This document shows positions 31,345-41,298 of a stretch of 64,000 bases of DNA, one piece after another. The position numbers were made by a program, and so were the translations under genes. The DNA comes from Candidatus Uhrbacteria bacterium (GTDB lineage Bacteria; Patescibacteriota; Patescibacteriia; JACPHY01): assembly GCA_016188355.1 (NCBI GenBank), contig JACPHY010000005.1, forward strand, positions 7,389 to 71,388, written 5' to 3'. Below the pieces are notes generated by a model, which was given only the letters and a program-made list of their open reading frames with translations, had not been told where the DNA came from and did not search any database. The stretch's first letter is position 1. Every line of letters begins with the position of its first letter.

Positions 31345-31354
31345 TCACCCTCCT

Positions 31355-31810
31355 ATGCGCACTACCTTAATTGCCGTGTTCGTCACCGCAATACTTGCGG
31401 GCGGTGGAGCCTTCTATGGCGGCATGCGATATGAACGCGCGCAGTCACCCGCACCAACGGAACGCGATGCGCGCATGAACAACAACGAATCCGGACGACG
31501 CATGTTTGGCGGCGGATTCGCTGGAGGCGGTAGTCGTGGCAACGGGGGAAATGGGGGCAGCGATGTGGTTGCTGGTGAGATCCTCGTTATGGACGATACC
31601 CATCTCACGGTCAAGCTACGCGATGGTGGATCGCGCATCGTATTTCTTCCCGCCACCACGCCGATCACGAAGACCGCCGCTGGCTCGACCAAGGATCTCA
31701 CGCAGGGCATCACCATCTTCGCGAGCGGTACCGCAAACCCGGACGGCAGCTTCGTGGCGCAATCCATCCAAATCCGCCCCGCCGCTCGTGCGGGCGCACC
31801 AACTCCTTGA
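31355..31810 (+). CDS. DUF5666-like periplasmic protein
   Basis: A signal/TM segment, a G-rich linker, and then a VVAGEILVMDDTHLTVKLRDGGSRIVFL beta motif. This is common downstream of MacAB-type pumps. Confidence 0.45.
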   Translation: MRTTLIAVFVTAILAGGGAFYGGMRYERAQSPAPTERDARMNNNESGRRMFGGGFAGGGSRGNGGNGGSDVVAGEILVMDDTHLTVKLRDGGSRIVFLPATTPITKTAAGSTKDLTQGITIFASGTANPDGSFVAQSIQIRPAARAGAPTP

Positions 31811-32172
31811 CGCTGCGGCGTTGCCGACGTATGGTGCTCCTGCGCTGTGCATATGGACCGTCACATCAGCGCAGAAGGACTCGTCATGGGCATATCGCGT
31901 CGCGTCGTGCGGCTCGGCCGCATCCGAACGCAAACCAGAGCTGCGGCGTCGCTCACTGCCGATGCAGTGCGCGTGGGAGGGGGCACCGCCATCACCGCCG
32001 GACCGCAACGTGTGCTCGCACGGCTGCCGGACCAAACCCCCATCGCGATCACCATCTCTCCTCCGATCGATGCGGTCGCCGAGGCGCGCAATCGATATCT
32101 CGAGCGAGGCGATCCCGTTCCCGCATACCTCCTCGAGGAACCCGATGACCCATGACACCGCGAAGCAGGCCA

Positions 32173-33420
32173 TCATCCAATGGCCTGCTGTACTTTTTGC
32201 ACGAGCTCCGGAGTGGGATGCTCGAAATGCGCGACTGTTTCCAGAATGTCGCGCGCGACAGCGCAGAACCGCTTCTGGAGATCGAGCATGCGCGTCACAT
32301 CAGGACGATCATCCATCGAGAGCACCCCAAACCGACGAAGCGTGGTGACATCCGTGTGACGTTCAAGATACTGCACGGAAAGACGCTTTCCTTTTTCACT
32401 GCTCCTCCCGATCTGCGCTGCCGGCGTGAGCGCGAGCATCGCATCCCGATTGGATTCCGGAAGACTACACGCAATCGCCGCCACAATTTTTTTACGGAGC
32501 ACCGGAAGCCGACGACGGAATTCCGTCAGATGTGCATTACGCTCAGCACGGAACGCATCATGGAGATCGCCGAACGGTACCACCACAAGCACCGCCGAAG
32601 CATCCCGCGCCCGCTCTTGGCCACTTGCGATCACCGCATCATTATATTCCGTACGGTAGGCATCTTCGGACAAGCTCTTGATATTGAGCCGGAAGAGCGT
32701 GTCCCCAGTCACAAGATGCGCATCCACACCAAACGCCATGTCATCTCGCGGCAAGCTATGTGCAATATCAATGCAGTGGTCACGCTGCTGGAGACGTGCC
32801 AACCGCCGAATGAGCCAGATGAGTTGATATTCTGCGCGCCTCCCACCTTCCGTGATGTCGGCAATGGCATCCGCCAATCGACGCTCCACCTCCTCCTGCG
32901 CCGCAGTACGTATCTCCGCCACCGGTTCACGCGTGGCACGGCGCGCAAGAATATCAAACGCGAGGAGTCGCGCATCCATGGAGGAAACTCGCTGACCCGT
33001 CCACCGCTCACGATCTGCACGATCATATCCCTCTAGCGCCGCTCGCTCCGCCTCTGCAAGCGCTGTTGCTTTTCCAAATGACGCAACTGCCGCCCGAAAA
33101 ACATCCGACGTCAACTGCAACACGGTGCGCCCCGCTGCGGTCTCGGATCGCGCGAGATCACGGCGAAATGCTGCCAACAATCCATTCGCGTCCTCATGTG
33201 CACGCACCGCCTCAAAAAAATCTGCAGGACCTGGCGACTTCCCCTGCGCACGCGCAAGCGATCGGAGATCTTCCGCACGACGATGCAGGTCTGCGGATCG
33301 CATGGACGAATACAAGCAATCTCGCTCAAACCCGTCAACGACCGACTCGTATGTTTCCCGATCGCGACCCCCCTCGACCGACCGCACGCCCCCGCGTTCA
33401 GAAAATCCCATAAAAATCAT
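32173..33420 (-). CDS. hypothetical protein
   Basis: More protein-like composition than ORF 32152..33036 on the opposite strand; no family recognised and the start is uncertain. Confidence 0.35.
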   Translation of the reverse strand: MIFMGFSERGGVRSVEGGRDRETYESVVDGFERDCLYSSMRSADLHRRAEDLRSLARAQGKSPGPADFFEAVRAHEDANGLLAAFRRDLARSETAAGRTVLQLTSDVFRAAVASFGKATALAEAERAALEGYDRADRERWTGQRVSSMDARLLAFDILARRATREPVAEIRTAAQEEVERRLADAIADITEGGRRAEYQLIWLIRRLARLQQRDHCIDIAHSLPRDDMAFGVDAHLVTGDTLFRLNIKSLSEDAYRTEYNDAVIASGQERARDASAVLVVVPFGDLHDAFRAERNAHLTEFRRRLPVLRKKIVAAIACSLPESNRDAMLALTPAAQIGRSSEKGKRLSVQYLERHTDVTTLRRFGVLSMDDRPDVTRMLDLQKRFCAVARDILETVAHFEHPTPELVQKVQQAIG

Positions 33421-33564
33421 GGATCACCCATTATATCTGCCATCGTACACGCACCAACACTCACAGAGAAGCCAAAAAAACAGGCGCTCGTGGAACCCCG
33501 CGATGCGAGCATGTTTGTGGAACTGCCCCTTGACGCCTACGCGCCATTCTGCTACGACAGAGCC

Positions 33565-34086
33565 ATGTCACCATGCACCTTCACACGGGATCCGAACGGC
33601 CAGATCGTTCAACTCGAACAATTTCTCATCCTCTCCCCCGGACGAGAGAACGGCATGGACATGATGTTCGGCGGCGAGGTCCTCAAAGCAATCGATGAAA
33701 TTTCCGGAAGCCTCGCCACGCTCTTCATTGCCCGCGAAGGACTCCGTGCCGTGCATGTCGGCGAGGAGGTGTTCTTCCACAAGCCCATCCGCAGCGGCGA
33801 ATGCGCACACGTGGTCGCACGCGTGGCCCTGAGCACGGATAAAATCGTCTGCGCGCACGTGGTGGTGCGCGGCGGCAATCCCGAAACACCCGACGCCTTC
33901 GACCTCCGCTACGAAGGATTCGGGCTCTGCGCCGTCATCGACCGTACACGCACGCTCGTACGTGACCTCACGCCATACACGAGCACCGATGCACGGCTCG
34001 TGGCCATCGCGCAACGCGTGGTCGAATTCCAGCGCAACACGCGCCGCGCGCTCCTCGAGTACGCGACGACACCCGCAACCACCTAG
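33565..34086 (+). CDS. acyl-CoA thioesterase (hotdog fold)
   Basis: MDMMFGGEVLKAIDEISGSLATLF...AHVVARVALSTDKIVCAHVVV is typical of YciA/Acot-type thioesterases. Confidence 0.65.
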   Translation: MSPCTFTRDPNGQIVQLEQFLILSPGRENGMDMMFGGEVLKAIDEISGSLATLFIAREGLRAVHVGEEVFFHKPIRSGECAHVVARVALSTDKIVCAHVVVRGGNPETPDAFDLRYEGFGLCAVIDRTRTLVRDLTPYTSTDARLVAIAQRVVEFQRNTRRALLEYATTPATT

Positions 34087-34141
34087 CCCCCAGCACACCC
34101 ACCCCACCCGGGGTGGGTGTCTCTTTTTGCATCGCCGCTCC

Positions 34142-34636
34142 ATGGAACTCGCGACACCGCAACCAGCACATTGCTTGACGTACCCCGAGGACCATGATTC
34201 ACTCATGCGGGGGAAAGGAGGGCTGCCGGTGCACGTCCCATCGCATCATGCCTGTGCGCGATTGGCATGGAATGACGAACTCCGTGCCTACCTCGAACAA
34301 CGCTGCGCTCCCGAACGGCTCACGAACGAACGTGTGCGCGTTCGCACCCTACTCCGTACACACAACGCGCGCAGACTCTTTGAAGCGGAATGGATGGTCT
34401 GGCTCAACTACTTTCGCTGGTGCGTCGATCAGCCGAGCATGTTCCTCTACGACCCGCTCTGCATTGATCGATCGGCCATCGACATCCACGCAACCCTCGC
34501 CTGCGCCGAGCCGGGGAAATGGCCGCAGCTGCAGGCCATCGCCGACGGCATCGTCGCCATCGCCAATACCACGCGACCGCTCCGCATTGCCATGGGCATG
34601 GCGCCACAACCGGAGGTCCCCATTGCAACCGCCTGA
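34142..34636 (+). CDS. hypothetical protein (164 aa)
   Basis: Internal start MELATPQ; no family recognised. Confidence 0.35.
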   Translation: MELATPQPAHCLTYPEDHDSLMRGKGGLPVHVPSHHACARLAWNDELRAYLEQRCAPERLTNERVRVRTLLRTHNARRLFEAEWMVWLNYFRWCVDQPSMFLYDPLCIDRSAIDIHATLACAEPGKWPQLQAIADGIVAIANTTRPLRIAMGMAPQPEVPIATA

Positions 34637-34696
34637 ACTCGCACGCCGACGCCCTTGCGCATGATGCGCAAGGGCGCTTTTCTGCGTCTCTCAAAT

Positions 34697-35620
34697 TCAG
34701 GGAATCCGGCGGAGGCGCTCATCAATCTTCACCTGCATCGCCACGAACCAATCTCCCCGATGCTCGAGATAATCGACATTGGGACGTTGCGGCTGCGCAC
34801 GCAATGCATCGCGCGTCTTCCCGAGGAGTGTGATCCAGGACTGCCGCAGCACCCACGCACGGCGGCCATCTTCATCCTGGGGAATCTGATCGGGGTCGAC
34901 GGGTGCATCAAAGTCGATGAAATACGCTGCGTTCCCCTGCCGCGGATGTTCCAGTACCACAAAATTATGGAACACGATCACATGGTACCCATGGAATCCT
35001 TCGTGCTCCCGATTCACAAAACCAAACAGCGCGCCTTCTTGTTGTTCTAAAAATTCCAAACGGTGCGGATCCACTGCCGGCGGTGTCCGTGGATTCCCCG
35101 GCATCGCCCCTCCTGCAGGATCCGGCCGCTCCCCCGGAGGGAGGAGATCCAGTCCCACATGAATCCAAAAATGGAGCTTCAGCCGCTCGAATCCGTTGTA
35201 CACGACACGCAGCACGTCTTCTTTTCGGACGCCGTGCGGAAAATCTCGCGGCAGCGTCCCCATGAATACCCCATCGTCGCGGAGCGTGAGCGTTTCATGC
35301 CGCTCCCGTCCCCCAACCGCGTAGTAGGGAATGATCTGCAGCGCGCGTGTCGTCGCACGATGCTCGCCCATAGGGAGCACGGTAATCGAAGTCACTTCGG
35401 GCAGGTCACCCGGGAAGCTCACCGGGGCGACGAGCGGTAACTTTCCCCGAAGCACGCGATCGAATTGTTCTGCGAGCCGCTGTTGCTCCGTCTGTTCCGG
35501 CACCGTACCTAGCACCCGCTGTTCCAGTGATGGCATACCAATGTGCATTATTCGTGCGCATGCTTGCATTATGCCCCAGCAAACAACCTCATGAAGACTG
35601 CCGTCGCCTCCACGAAGCAC
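34697..35620 (-). CDS. hypothetical protein
   Basis: It lies directly after the TrmB-family gene; family unknown. Confidence 0.35.
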   Translation of the reverse strand: MLRGGDGSLHEVVCWGIMQACARIMHIGMPSLEQRVLGTVPEQTEQQRLAEQFDRVLRGKLPLVAPVSFPGDLPEVTSITVLPMGEHRATTRALQIIPYYAVGGRERHETLTLRDDGVFMGTLPRDFPHGVRKEDVLRVVYNGFERLKLHFWIHVGLDLLPPGERPDPAGGAMPGNPRTPPAVDPHRLEFLEQQEGALFGFVNREHEGFHGYHVIVFHNFVVLEHPRQGNAAYFIDFDAPVDPDQIPQDEDGRRAWVLRQSWITLLGKTRDALRAQPQRPNVDYLEHRGDWFVAMQVKIDERLRRIP

Positions 35621-35626
35621 CCATCC

Positions 35627-36409
35627 TCAACGCTCTTTCGCCGCGCTCCACAACCCTTCGAACATCCGCACGAAATTTTCTGCGAGGTGCGCATTGACCA
35701 TCTTAATGCCGATGAGGTTGCCTGCTTCGAATGAGAGAATCGCGGTCGTGTCTCCTAAGATGTAGAGCGCGAATTTCTCGACTGCAGATCCCTCACGCAA
35801 GTAGCGAAACTCCAAACCGTCACGCGTTGCGTAAAACGGTGCTTTACTGCGCTCAACGGACGAGGGATTCACGAGCATTCTCGTGCGCACGTCTTTTTCC
35901 GTTTTCCAACGACGTACTCGATCCTGCCATTCCTCTTCCCATGAGAACGACCACACCTCCTCCCAAATGAACTCATCACGGAGCACGTACATGATGGCGC
36001 CCGGACGTGCATCGCGGAGCATGGAGAGATAAATGCGCTTCAATCCCTCCACGCCCTCGAAGAACATCACCTGCGGTACATGGAGATCCTCGCGCCGCGT
36101 CGCCGCGAGATGCTGCACGAGGTCGCCGATGACGCGCTCCTTCCGCTCCAATTCCCGCCGCTCGGCGCGGATGTACTGCTCGAGCGCCTCTGGACCGGTG
36201 GCCACGAACTGCTTCACGTCGTTGCGGAAGGTCGTCGAGACCAATCCCTTCGCGGTGAGCGCCGCGAGCACCGTGTAGACCGAGGACCGTGAGAGTCCGA
36301 GCTTCTTCGCAATGAACGACGCCCCCACAGGTGCATGCTCGTAGAGGATCGCGAGTATTTTCGCTCCCTGTTCGCTTAATCCAAACGATTGGAGTTGCTG
36401 CTCGATCAT
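35627..36409 (-). CDS. TrmB-family transcriptional regulator
   Basis: N-terminal wHTH (LSEQGAKILAILYEHAPVGASFIAKKLGLSRSSVYTVLAAL) plus a C-terminal TrmB domain. Confidence 0.75.
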   Translation of the reverse strand: MIEQQLQSFGLSEQGAKILAILYEHAPVGASFIAKKLGLSRSSVYTVLAALTAKGLVSTTFRNDVKQFVATGPEALEQYIRAERRELERKERVIGDLVQHLAATRREDLHVPQVMFFEGVEGLKRIYLSMLRDARPGAIMYVLRDEFIWEEVWSFSWEEEWQDRVRRWKTEKDVRTRMLVNPSSVERSKAPFYATRDGLEFRYLREGSAVEKFALYILGDTTAILSFEAGNLIGIKMVNAHLAENFVRMFEGLWSAAKER

Positions 36410-36597
36410 AATCGGTGACGGGTGCGGGAGAGGCCGCTTTATGGGGCGAGATCCTTCGTCGGGGACTCCTCAGGATGGCGAAAAAATGAGAGCATGCACA
36501 GATTTCTTCCCTGTTGTCGTAACTGTACGACACATTGTACACAAAAGGCAAGCACCATACGATCGAGACAGCACGTTCCCAATCGAAAGGAGATAAC

Positions 36598-37332
36598 ATG
36601 CTCCGCATCCTCGTCACGGCGGGATCCACGGAAGTTCCCATCGATCGCGTACGCGCGATCACCAATATCTTCAAGGGGCGCACTGGGACGGAAATCGCGC
36701 TCGCCCTCGCAGATGCCTCACGCGAGACCGAAGTCACGCTCCTCACCTCGAACAAACCACTCGCGATCACCACCATCCCACTGCCGAGCAACTTCGATGC
36801 GAGGAGCTGGGAACGATATACCAACCTTCACGTCGAAGCGTACCGCACGTTCGATGAGTTGGCTGAGCGCCTGGAATGTGAGGTGACGCGCGGGGCATAC
36901 GACATCATCATCCACTCCGCCGCGGTGAGCGATTACCGCGTCGCTGCAGTGCACAAGAGAAATGCGCGCGGGGAGCTCGTGCCCGTTACTACCGCGGGCA
37001 AAATGAGCTCGCAGCACGAGCAGCTGTTCCTCGAGCTTGCGCAAACCCCGAAACTCGTCGAACGCATGCGTCGCGCGTGGAGATTCACCGGCATGCTCGT
37101 CCAGTTCAAACTCGAAGTCGGCTGTACCGACGACGAACTCCTCGCCCGAGCGCGTACCGCACTCGAACGATCTAATGGCGACCTCGTGGTCGCAAACTGT
37201 CTCGAATGGGCGCGCGACGCGGCATATCTCGTCGAGCGCAATGGCACGAGCACGCGCATTCCTCGATCCGAACTTGCGCGAACGCTCGTGGATCGATGCG
37301 GCGCGTATTCCCGAACGAAGCGCTCGCGCTGA
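36598..37332 (+). CDS. coaB: phosphopantothenate-cysteine ligase (CoaB, stand-alone)
   Basis: ILVTAGSTEVPIDRVRAITNIFKGRTG matches the CoaB core; AAGGAG SD. Confidence 0.8.
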   Translation: MLRILVTAGSTEVPIDRVRAITNIFKGRTGTEIALALADASRETEVTLLTSNKPLAITTIPLPSNFDARSWERYTNLHVEAYRTFDELAERLECEVTRGAYDIIIHSAAVSDYRVAAVHKRNARGELVPVTTAGKMSSQHEQLFLELAQTPKLVERMRRAWRFTGMLVQFKLEVGCTDDELLARARTALERSNGDLVVANCLEWARDAAYLVERNGTSTRIPRSELARTLVDRCGAYSRTKRSR

Positions 37333-37351
37333 GCGGCCAACGGAGGACATC

Positions 37352-38293
37352 ATGCATCGATACGGACTCCTCATCACGTCGTGCACCCATACCTGCACGG
37401 CGTGCGGGCGGACCTGGGAAGGTCGCTACGGACTCGAACTCAAGAACGACATTCCCACGCTCCCCGCCTGGGCACCACAGGACAGCTCCTGCATTGCCTG
37501 CGGACACACACCGGTGACCATCGCACTGCCCAATCCATTCCCACCGCTCAGTGATATCGCGGCAGAAACGCAAACACCGCAATCCGAACGCGCTGCACAC
37601 ATCGTGCTCGGCGTGACCGGGAGCGTGGCAGCGAAACGCACCCCACCGCTCGCACTGGAGCTGAGCAGATCCATCGGACGAGTCGATATCGTCGCCTCTG
37701 CGCGATCATTCACCTTCTGGGATCCACACACGCTCTCGACGGAACGACAGGCACAAAATCACGGCTACTCCTACCGCGTCTGGCGCGATGAGGATGAATG
37801 GGGCACCGGCCAGTACGAACGCGGTGCCATGATCCCACACATCACACTCCGCGAGTGGGGCGACGTCCTCTGCGTCGCGCCGTGCACCGCGAATACACTC
37901 GCGAAGATGGCGGCGGGCATCTGCGACACCCTGCTCACGAGCATCGTACGCGCGTGGCGACGGGATCGCCCGCTCGTCATCGCGCCCGCAATGAACACAC
38001 AGATGTGGGAGCATCCCGCCACCGCGGAGCACCTCGCGACGCTCCGGCGTTGGTACCCGAAATGCACGGTCGTGGATCCCGTCGTCAAGACACTCGCATG
38101 CGGCGAACACGGCGTCGGCGCCATGGCAGACATCGAAGACATCCGCTACCACGTGGCCGCTGCGCTGGATTGCGATCGGACGCGTGATCGCGACGCGGCA
38201 GCGTGCCTCGACGATTGGCATCGTCGGGTCCGCGATCGCGCATGCGATCTGCGAGCAGACGATGACGAATGGGCCGAACACGGCGGATGCTAG
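37352..38293 (+). CDS. coaC: phosphopantothenoylcysteine decarboxylase-like HFCD flavoprotein with Cys-rich N-terminal extension
   Basis: Flavoprotein core HIVLGVTGSVAAKRTPPLALEL...PAMNTQMWEHPAT. An ~85-aa N-terminal extension carries CTHTCTACG...CIACGH, and there is an acidic C-terminal tail. Confidence 0.75.
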   Translation: MHRYGLLITSCTHTCTACGRTWEGRYGLELKNDIPTLPAWAPQDSSCIACGHTPVTIALPNPFPPLSDIAAETQTPQSERAAHIVLGVTGSVAAKRTPPLALELSRSIGRVDIVASARSFTFWDPHTLSTERQAQNHGYSYRVWRDEDEWGTGQYERGAMIPHITLREWGDVLCVAPCTANTLAKMAAGICDTLLTSIVRAWRRDRPLVIAPAMNTQMWEHPATAEHLATLRRWYPKCTVVDPVVKTLACGEHGVGAMADIEDIRYHVAAALDCDRTRDRDAAACLDDWHRRVRDRACDLRADDDEWAEHGGC

Positions 38294-38323
38294 CACCTGT
38301 AACGAGACAAGGGAGGAGCACCC

Positions 38324-39253
38324 ATGCAGACGACCACGAAACGTTGGGAGGATGGCGGTTGCCTTCCCCTTCCCCTCGCGAGCATCTGGATCACCGGAGC
38401 CTGCCCGCTCCGCTGCCGCCACTGCTATGAAGCGAACAATCCATTTCGCGGACATCTCCCCACATCGGACGTGCTCCGCACGATGGATCGCCTCGCACCG
38501 TACGTGCAATCCATTTCGTTCATGGGCGGAGAACCGACGATCCATCCGGACATCGCGACCCTCTGCGCGCATGCCCACACGCTCGGGAAGTACACGCTCC
38601 TCGTCACGAGCGGCGTCCATCTCCCCGAACGCACGATCGCCACGCTCTGCGCGCACATCGATTGCGTGAAGATCGGCATGGATGGCGTGACGCCGGAGAC
38701 ACACGACGCAGTCCGTGGCGCGGGCAGCTTCGCGAAAGCGATGCAGACGTGGGCAGCGCTCCCCGCACTCGTCCCGACCATGTGCAAATTCACGGTGAAC
38801 GCGCAGAATGTGCACGAGCTGCCGCAGGTGGTTCCGTTCTATCGCGCACTCGGCGCCAAACGCGTCGTCCTCAATGGATGGCTCCCCATCGGCACCGGCG
38901 CCGAACCCTGGAACCGCACGTTCGCACTCACCGCTGAGCACGTGGCCACCGTGAATCGCTTCGTGCACGAGCACCTGAAACCGCGGTACCACGAATTTCC
39001 GGTCTCTCGGTCCTGCTCGCTCGATGCGGGATGTCGCGATCGCCCCGCGCGCATGTATTACGTCACCCGGACTGGCGCGGTCGCGCCCTGCATCTTCAGT
39101 GCGGCACATGCGATCGGCGACATCCGCGATCCCGCGACGGACGTTGCGGCGCTGCTCCAGGAATTGGATACCCACCGTATCGGCTGTCGCGCGTTGATTG
39201 CAGCGCGCCGCCATCACCCCGCATCACGCCTCACCATCGCCTGCGCACTCTGA
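38324..39253 (+). CDS. radical SAM protein with C-terminal SPASM/twitch-like Cys cluster
   Basis: CPLRCRHC (CxxxCxxC), resembling the PqqE motif. It has C-terminal Cys pairs (CSLDAGC...APCIF). Confidence 0.8.
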   Translation: MQTTTKRWEDGGCLPLPLASIWITGACPLRCRHCYEANNPFRGHLPTSDVLRTMDRLAPYVQSISFMGGEPTIHPDIATLCAHAHTLGKYTLLVTSGVHLPERTIATLCAHIDCVKIGMDGVTPETHDAVRGAGSFAKAMQTWAALPALVPTMCKFTVNAQNVHELPQVVPFYRALGAKRVVLNGWLPIGTGAEPWNRTFALTAEHVATVNRFVHEHLKPRYHEFPVSRSCSLDAGCRDRPARMYYVTRTGAVAPCIFSAAHAIGDIRDPATDVAALLQELDTHRIGCRALIAARRHHPASRLTIACAL

Positions 39254-39271
39254 TGCGCGAAAGGAAACATC

Positions 39272-40105
39272 ATGTGTACCGTCGCGCTCGCCTGGAATCC
39301 GGGGACGCTGGTCCCACTGCTCTGCATCGCGAACCGCGATGAGTTCTATGATCGTCCTTCCGCGCCACCGCGCATCCACCGGATCGATACGGATCTCCCC
39401 TGCATCGCACCGCAGGATCTCCGACGCGGCGGCACATGGATTGGCATGAATGCGGTGCGCATGTGCGCCGCGCTCACGAATCGCGACGGCGCACCGCCCG
39501 GCCTCGGGCGGCGATCGCGCGGACAACTTGTCCCATTCGCGCTCGCGCATCGATCGCCGCACATCGCCGTCGAAGTGCTTCGTGCGCTCGATCCTGCCGC
39601 GTTCCGCCCGTTCCACCTCGTACTCGCGAATCCGGAGGAAGCGTACCTCCTCTGGAGTGACGGCCGCACCATCAAGGAGCGCGCCATCACCCCAGGGACG
39701 CTCATCATCACCCAGCGGAGCCTCGGCGCCGCACCGGTGGATCGCGCAGTCGCCACGTACCTCGCACCCGTGCAGCGGTTTCATCCAAAACACGCGCAGG
39801 AGAAGGATCACCCGCAGGGCGATCTCTCCGATGCGCTCCTGCGCTCAATCGCCGCGCACGATCCCCATCACGTGTATGACGGTCCCTGCGTCCATGATGA
39901 CGATTACGGCACGCGATCGAGCGCGATGATCATCGTGCACCAGGACGGCGCGATGGAGTACCACTACACCGACGGACCGCCCTGCAATGCGCCGTGGCAG
40001 AGCATCCCGCATGCCGTCGGCGCCACGCGAGAACATTGGTGGCAGACGATCGCCGCAGCTCCGCACGCAATCACCGATCCCTGGGCACTGGATGTGCTTC
40101 CGTAA
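39272..40105 (+). CDS. NRDE family (TANGO2-like) protein
   Basis: MCTVALAW...ANRDEFYDRP N-terminal signature. Confidence 0.75.
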   Translation: MCTVALAWNPGTLVPLLCIANRDEFYDRPSAPPRIHRIDTDLPCIAPQDLRRGGTWIGMNAVRMCAALTNRDGAPPGLGRRSRGQLVPFALAHRSPHIAVEVLRALDPAAFRPFHLVLANPEEAYLLWSDGRTIKERAITPGTLIITQRSLGAAPVDRAVATYLAPVQRFHPKHAQEKDHPQGDLSDALLRSIAAHDPHHVYDGPCVHDDDYGTRSSAMIIVHQDGAMEYHYTDGPPCNAPWQSIPHAVGATREHWWQTIAAAPHAITDPWALDVLP

Positions 40106-40110
40106 CAAAG

Positions 40111-40139
40111 ATCCCGATGGCCGCTCTGGCCATCGGGAT
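40111..40139. terminator. bidirectional rho-independent terminator
   Basis: Perfect 12-bp stem ATCCCGATGGCC-gctct-GGCCATCGGGAT flanked by A-rich and T-rich sequence, between convergent genes. Confidence 0.7.
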
Positions 40140-40254
40140 TTCTCTCGTCTCACGTCATTGCGCCAGAGCCCATTCGTCACGGATCGCGAATGAGCGCAGC
40201 CATCTGCTCAATTGCATGTCTTCGCATATGCTGTATTGCGTAGTCGGCATTCCG

Positions 40255-41124
40255 TCATGCAACCCGCACCGGATCCGGCGGTCGCACCCATTGAATACGC
40301 GTCATGATCCCTCGGGAGCGCCGATCTTCTCCCCCGAATGGAAGCTCGTGCGTGAACATGTACACACCTGGTCGCACCTGCACGCGAAACGCCGAGCATT
40401 GCTCCACATCCGCGCATCCGCGTCGCATGAACTCATCGCCATCCACCATAGCGCACCAATGCTCACTTGTTATCGATCCCCGCACCAGCTCATCCGCGGG
40501 AAACACACTTCGATCCGTCGTCACATCATGCCAGGGGAACCCAACGACCAGTGCACCCCCTGTACCACGATAGAGGCTCGGATACGTATCCCCCACGAAC
40601 ACAGACGCGCATCCCACCTCCGCCATCGCATGCGATGTGCGCACGCAACCTGCTGGGGTCGTGCAATCGTAGGACGCACTGATCTGAAATGCGGGCCGAA
40701 AATGCTCTCCAACCATAAGCACACCGGACGGCACGTTGAGCACGAACACACACGGAGCTCCTGCCGATCCATGTGGACGCGGGCACGGCGATGTCGCCAC
40801 GATACCGCATCGATCAAATTGCCAATCCACACATGCGCCACACGCAACACATGGATAGAGAGAACGCGGCAACACGATGGATGATGCCTCCTGATCTGGA
40901 GTAGCCAATGCTCGTTCCAATGCATCGAGGTACATGGGGGTCACCAGTCCTTCTTGTGCAAGGTACAAGTTTGGCACTATCCATCGCATCGCCATCCAAT
41001 GTCCACGCGGATGCACGGGATAACGAAGGAGCGTGTGGCTCAATTCGCCTAATCGTGCGGGTATCCGTTGCTCGGCCCCATCTCCTGAGACACCGGCAGG
41101 AAACGGTAATGATCGATCATGCAT
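40255..41124 (-). CDS. hypothetical Cys-rich protein
   Basis: 289 aa, CVACGACVDWQFDRCG; unknown family. Confidence 0.35.
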   Translation of the reverse strand: MHDRSLPFPAGVSGDGAEQRIPARLGELSHTLLRYPVHPRGHWMAMRWIVPNLYLAQEGLVTPMYLDALERALATPDQEASSIVLPRSLYPCVACGACVDWQFDRCGIVATSPCPRPHGSAGAPCVFVLNVPSGVLMVGEHFRPAFQISASYDCTTPAGCVRTSHAMAEVGCASVFVGDTYPSLYRGTGGALVVGFPWHDVTTDRSVFPADELVRGSITSEHWCAMVDGDEFMRRGCADVEQCSAFRVQVRPGVYMFTHELPFGGEDRRSRGIMTRIQWVRPPDPVRVA

Positions 41125-41298
41125 CGTTCAGCCTCTCTAGGTCATCGCAATAGACAAGTCGCCCACCCCACGTTGGCCTGTGCGGTGGCATGAGCCAGGA
41201 CACGTGTCACATCTCCACACGAGAATGCCCGTCGCCGATTCATGGAACCGAAGCGAAGACAGCGTACGACGTGATGATATCATGCGACATTTGGTCGT

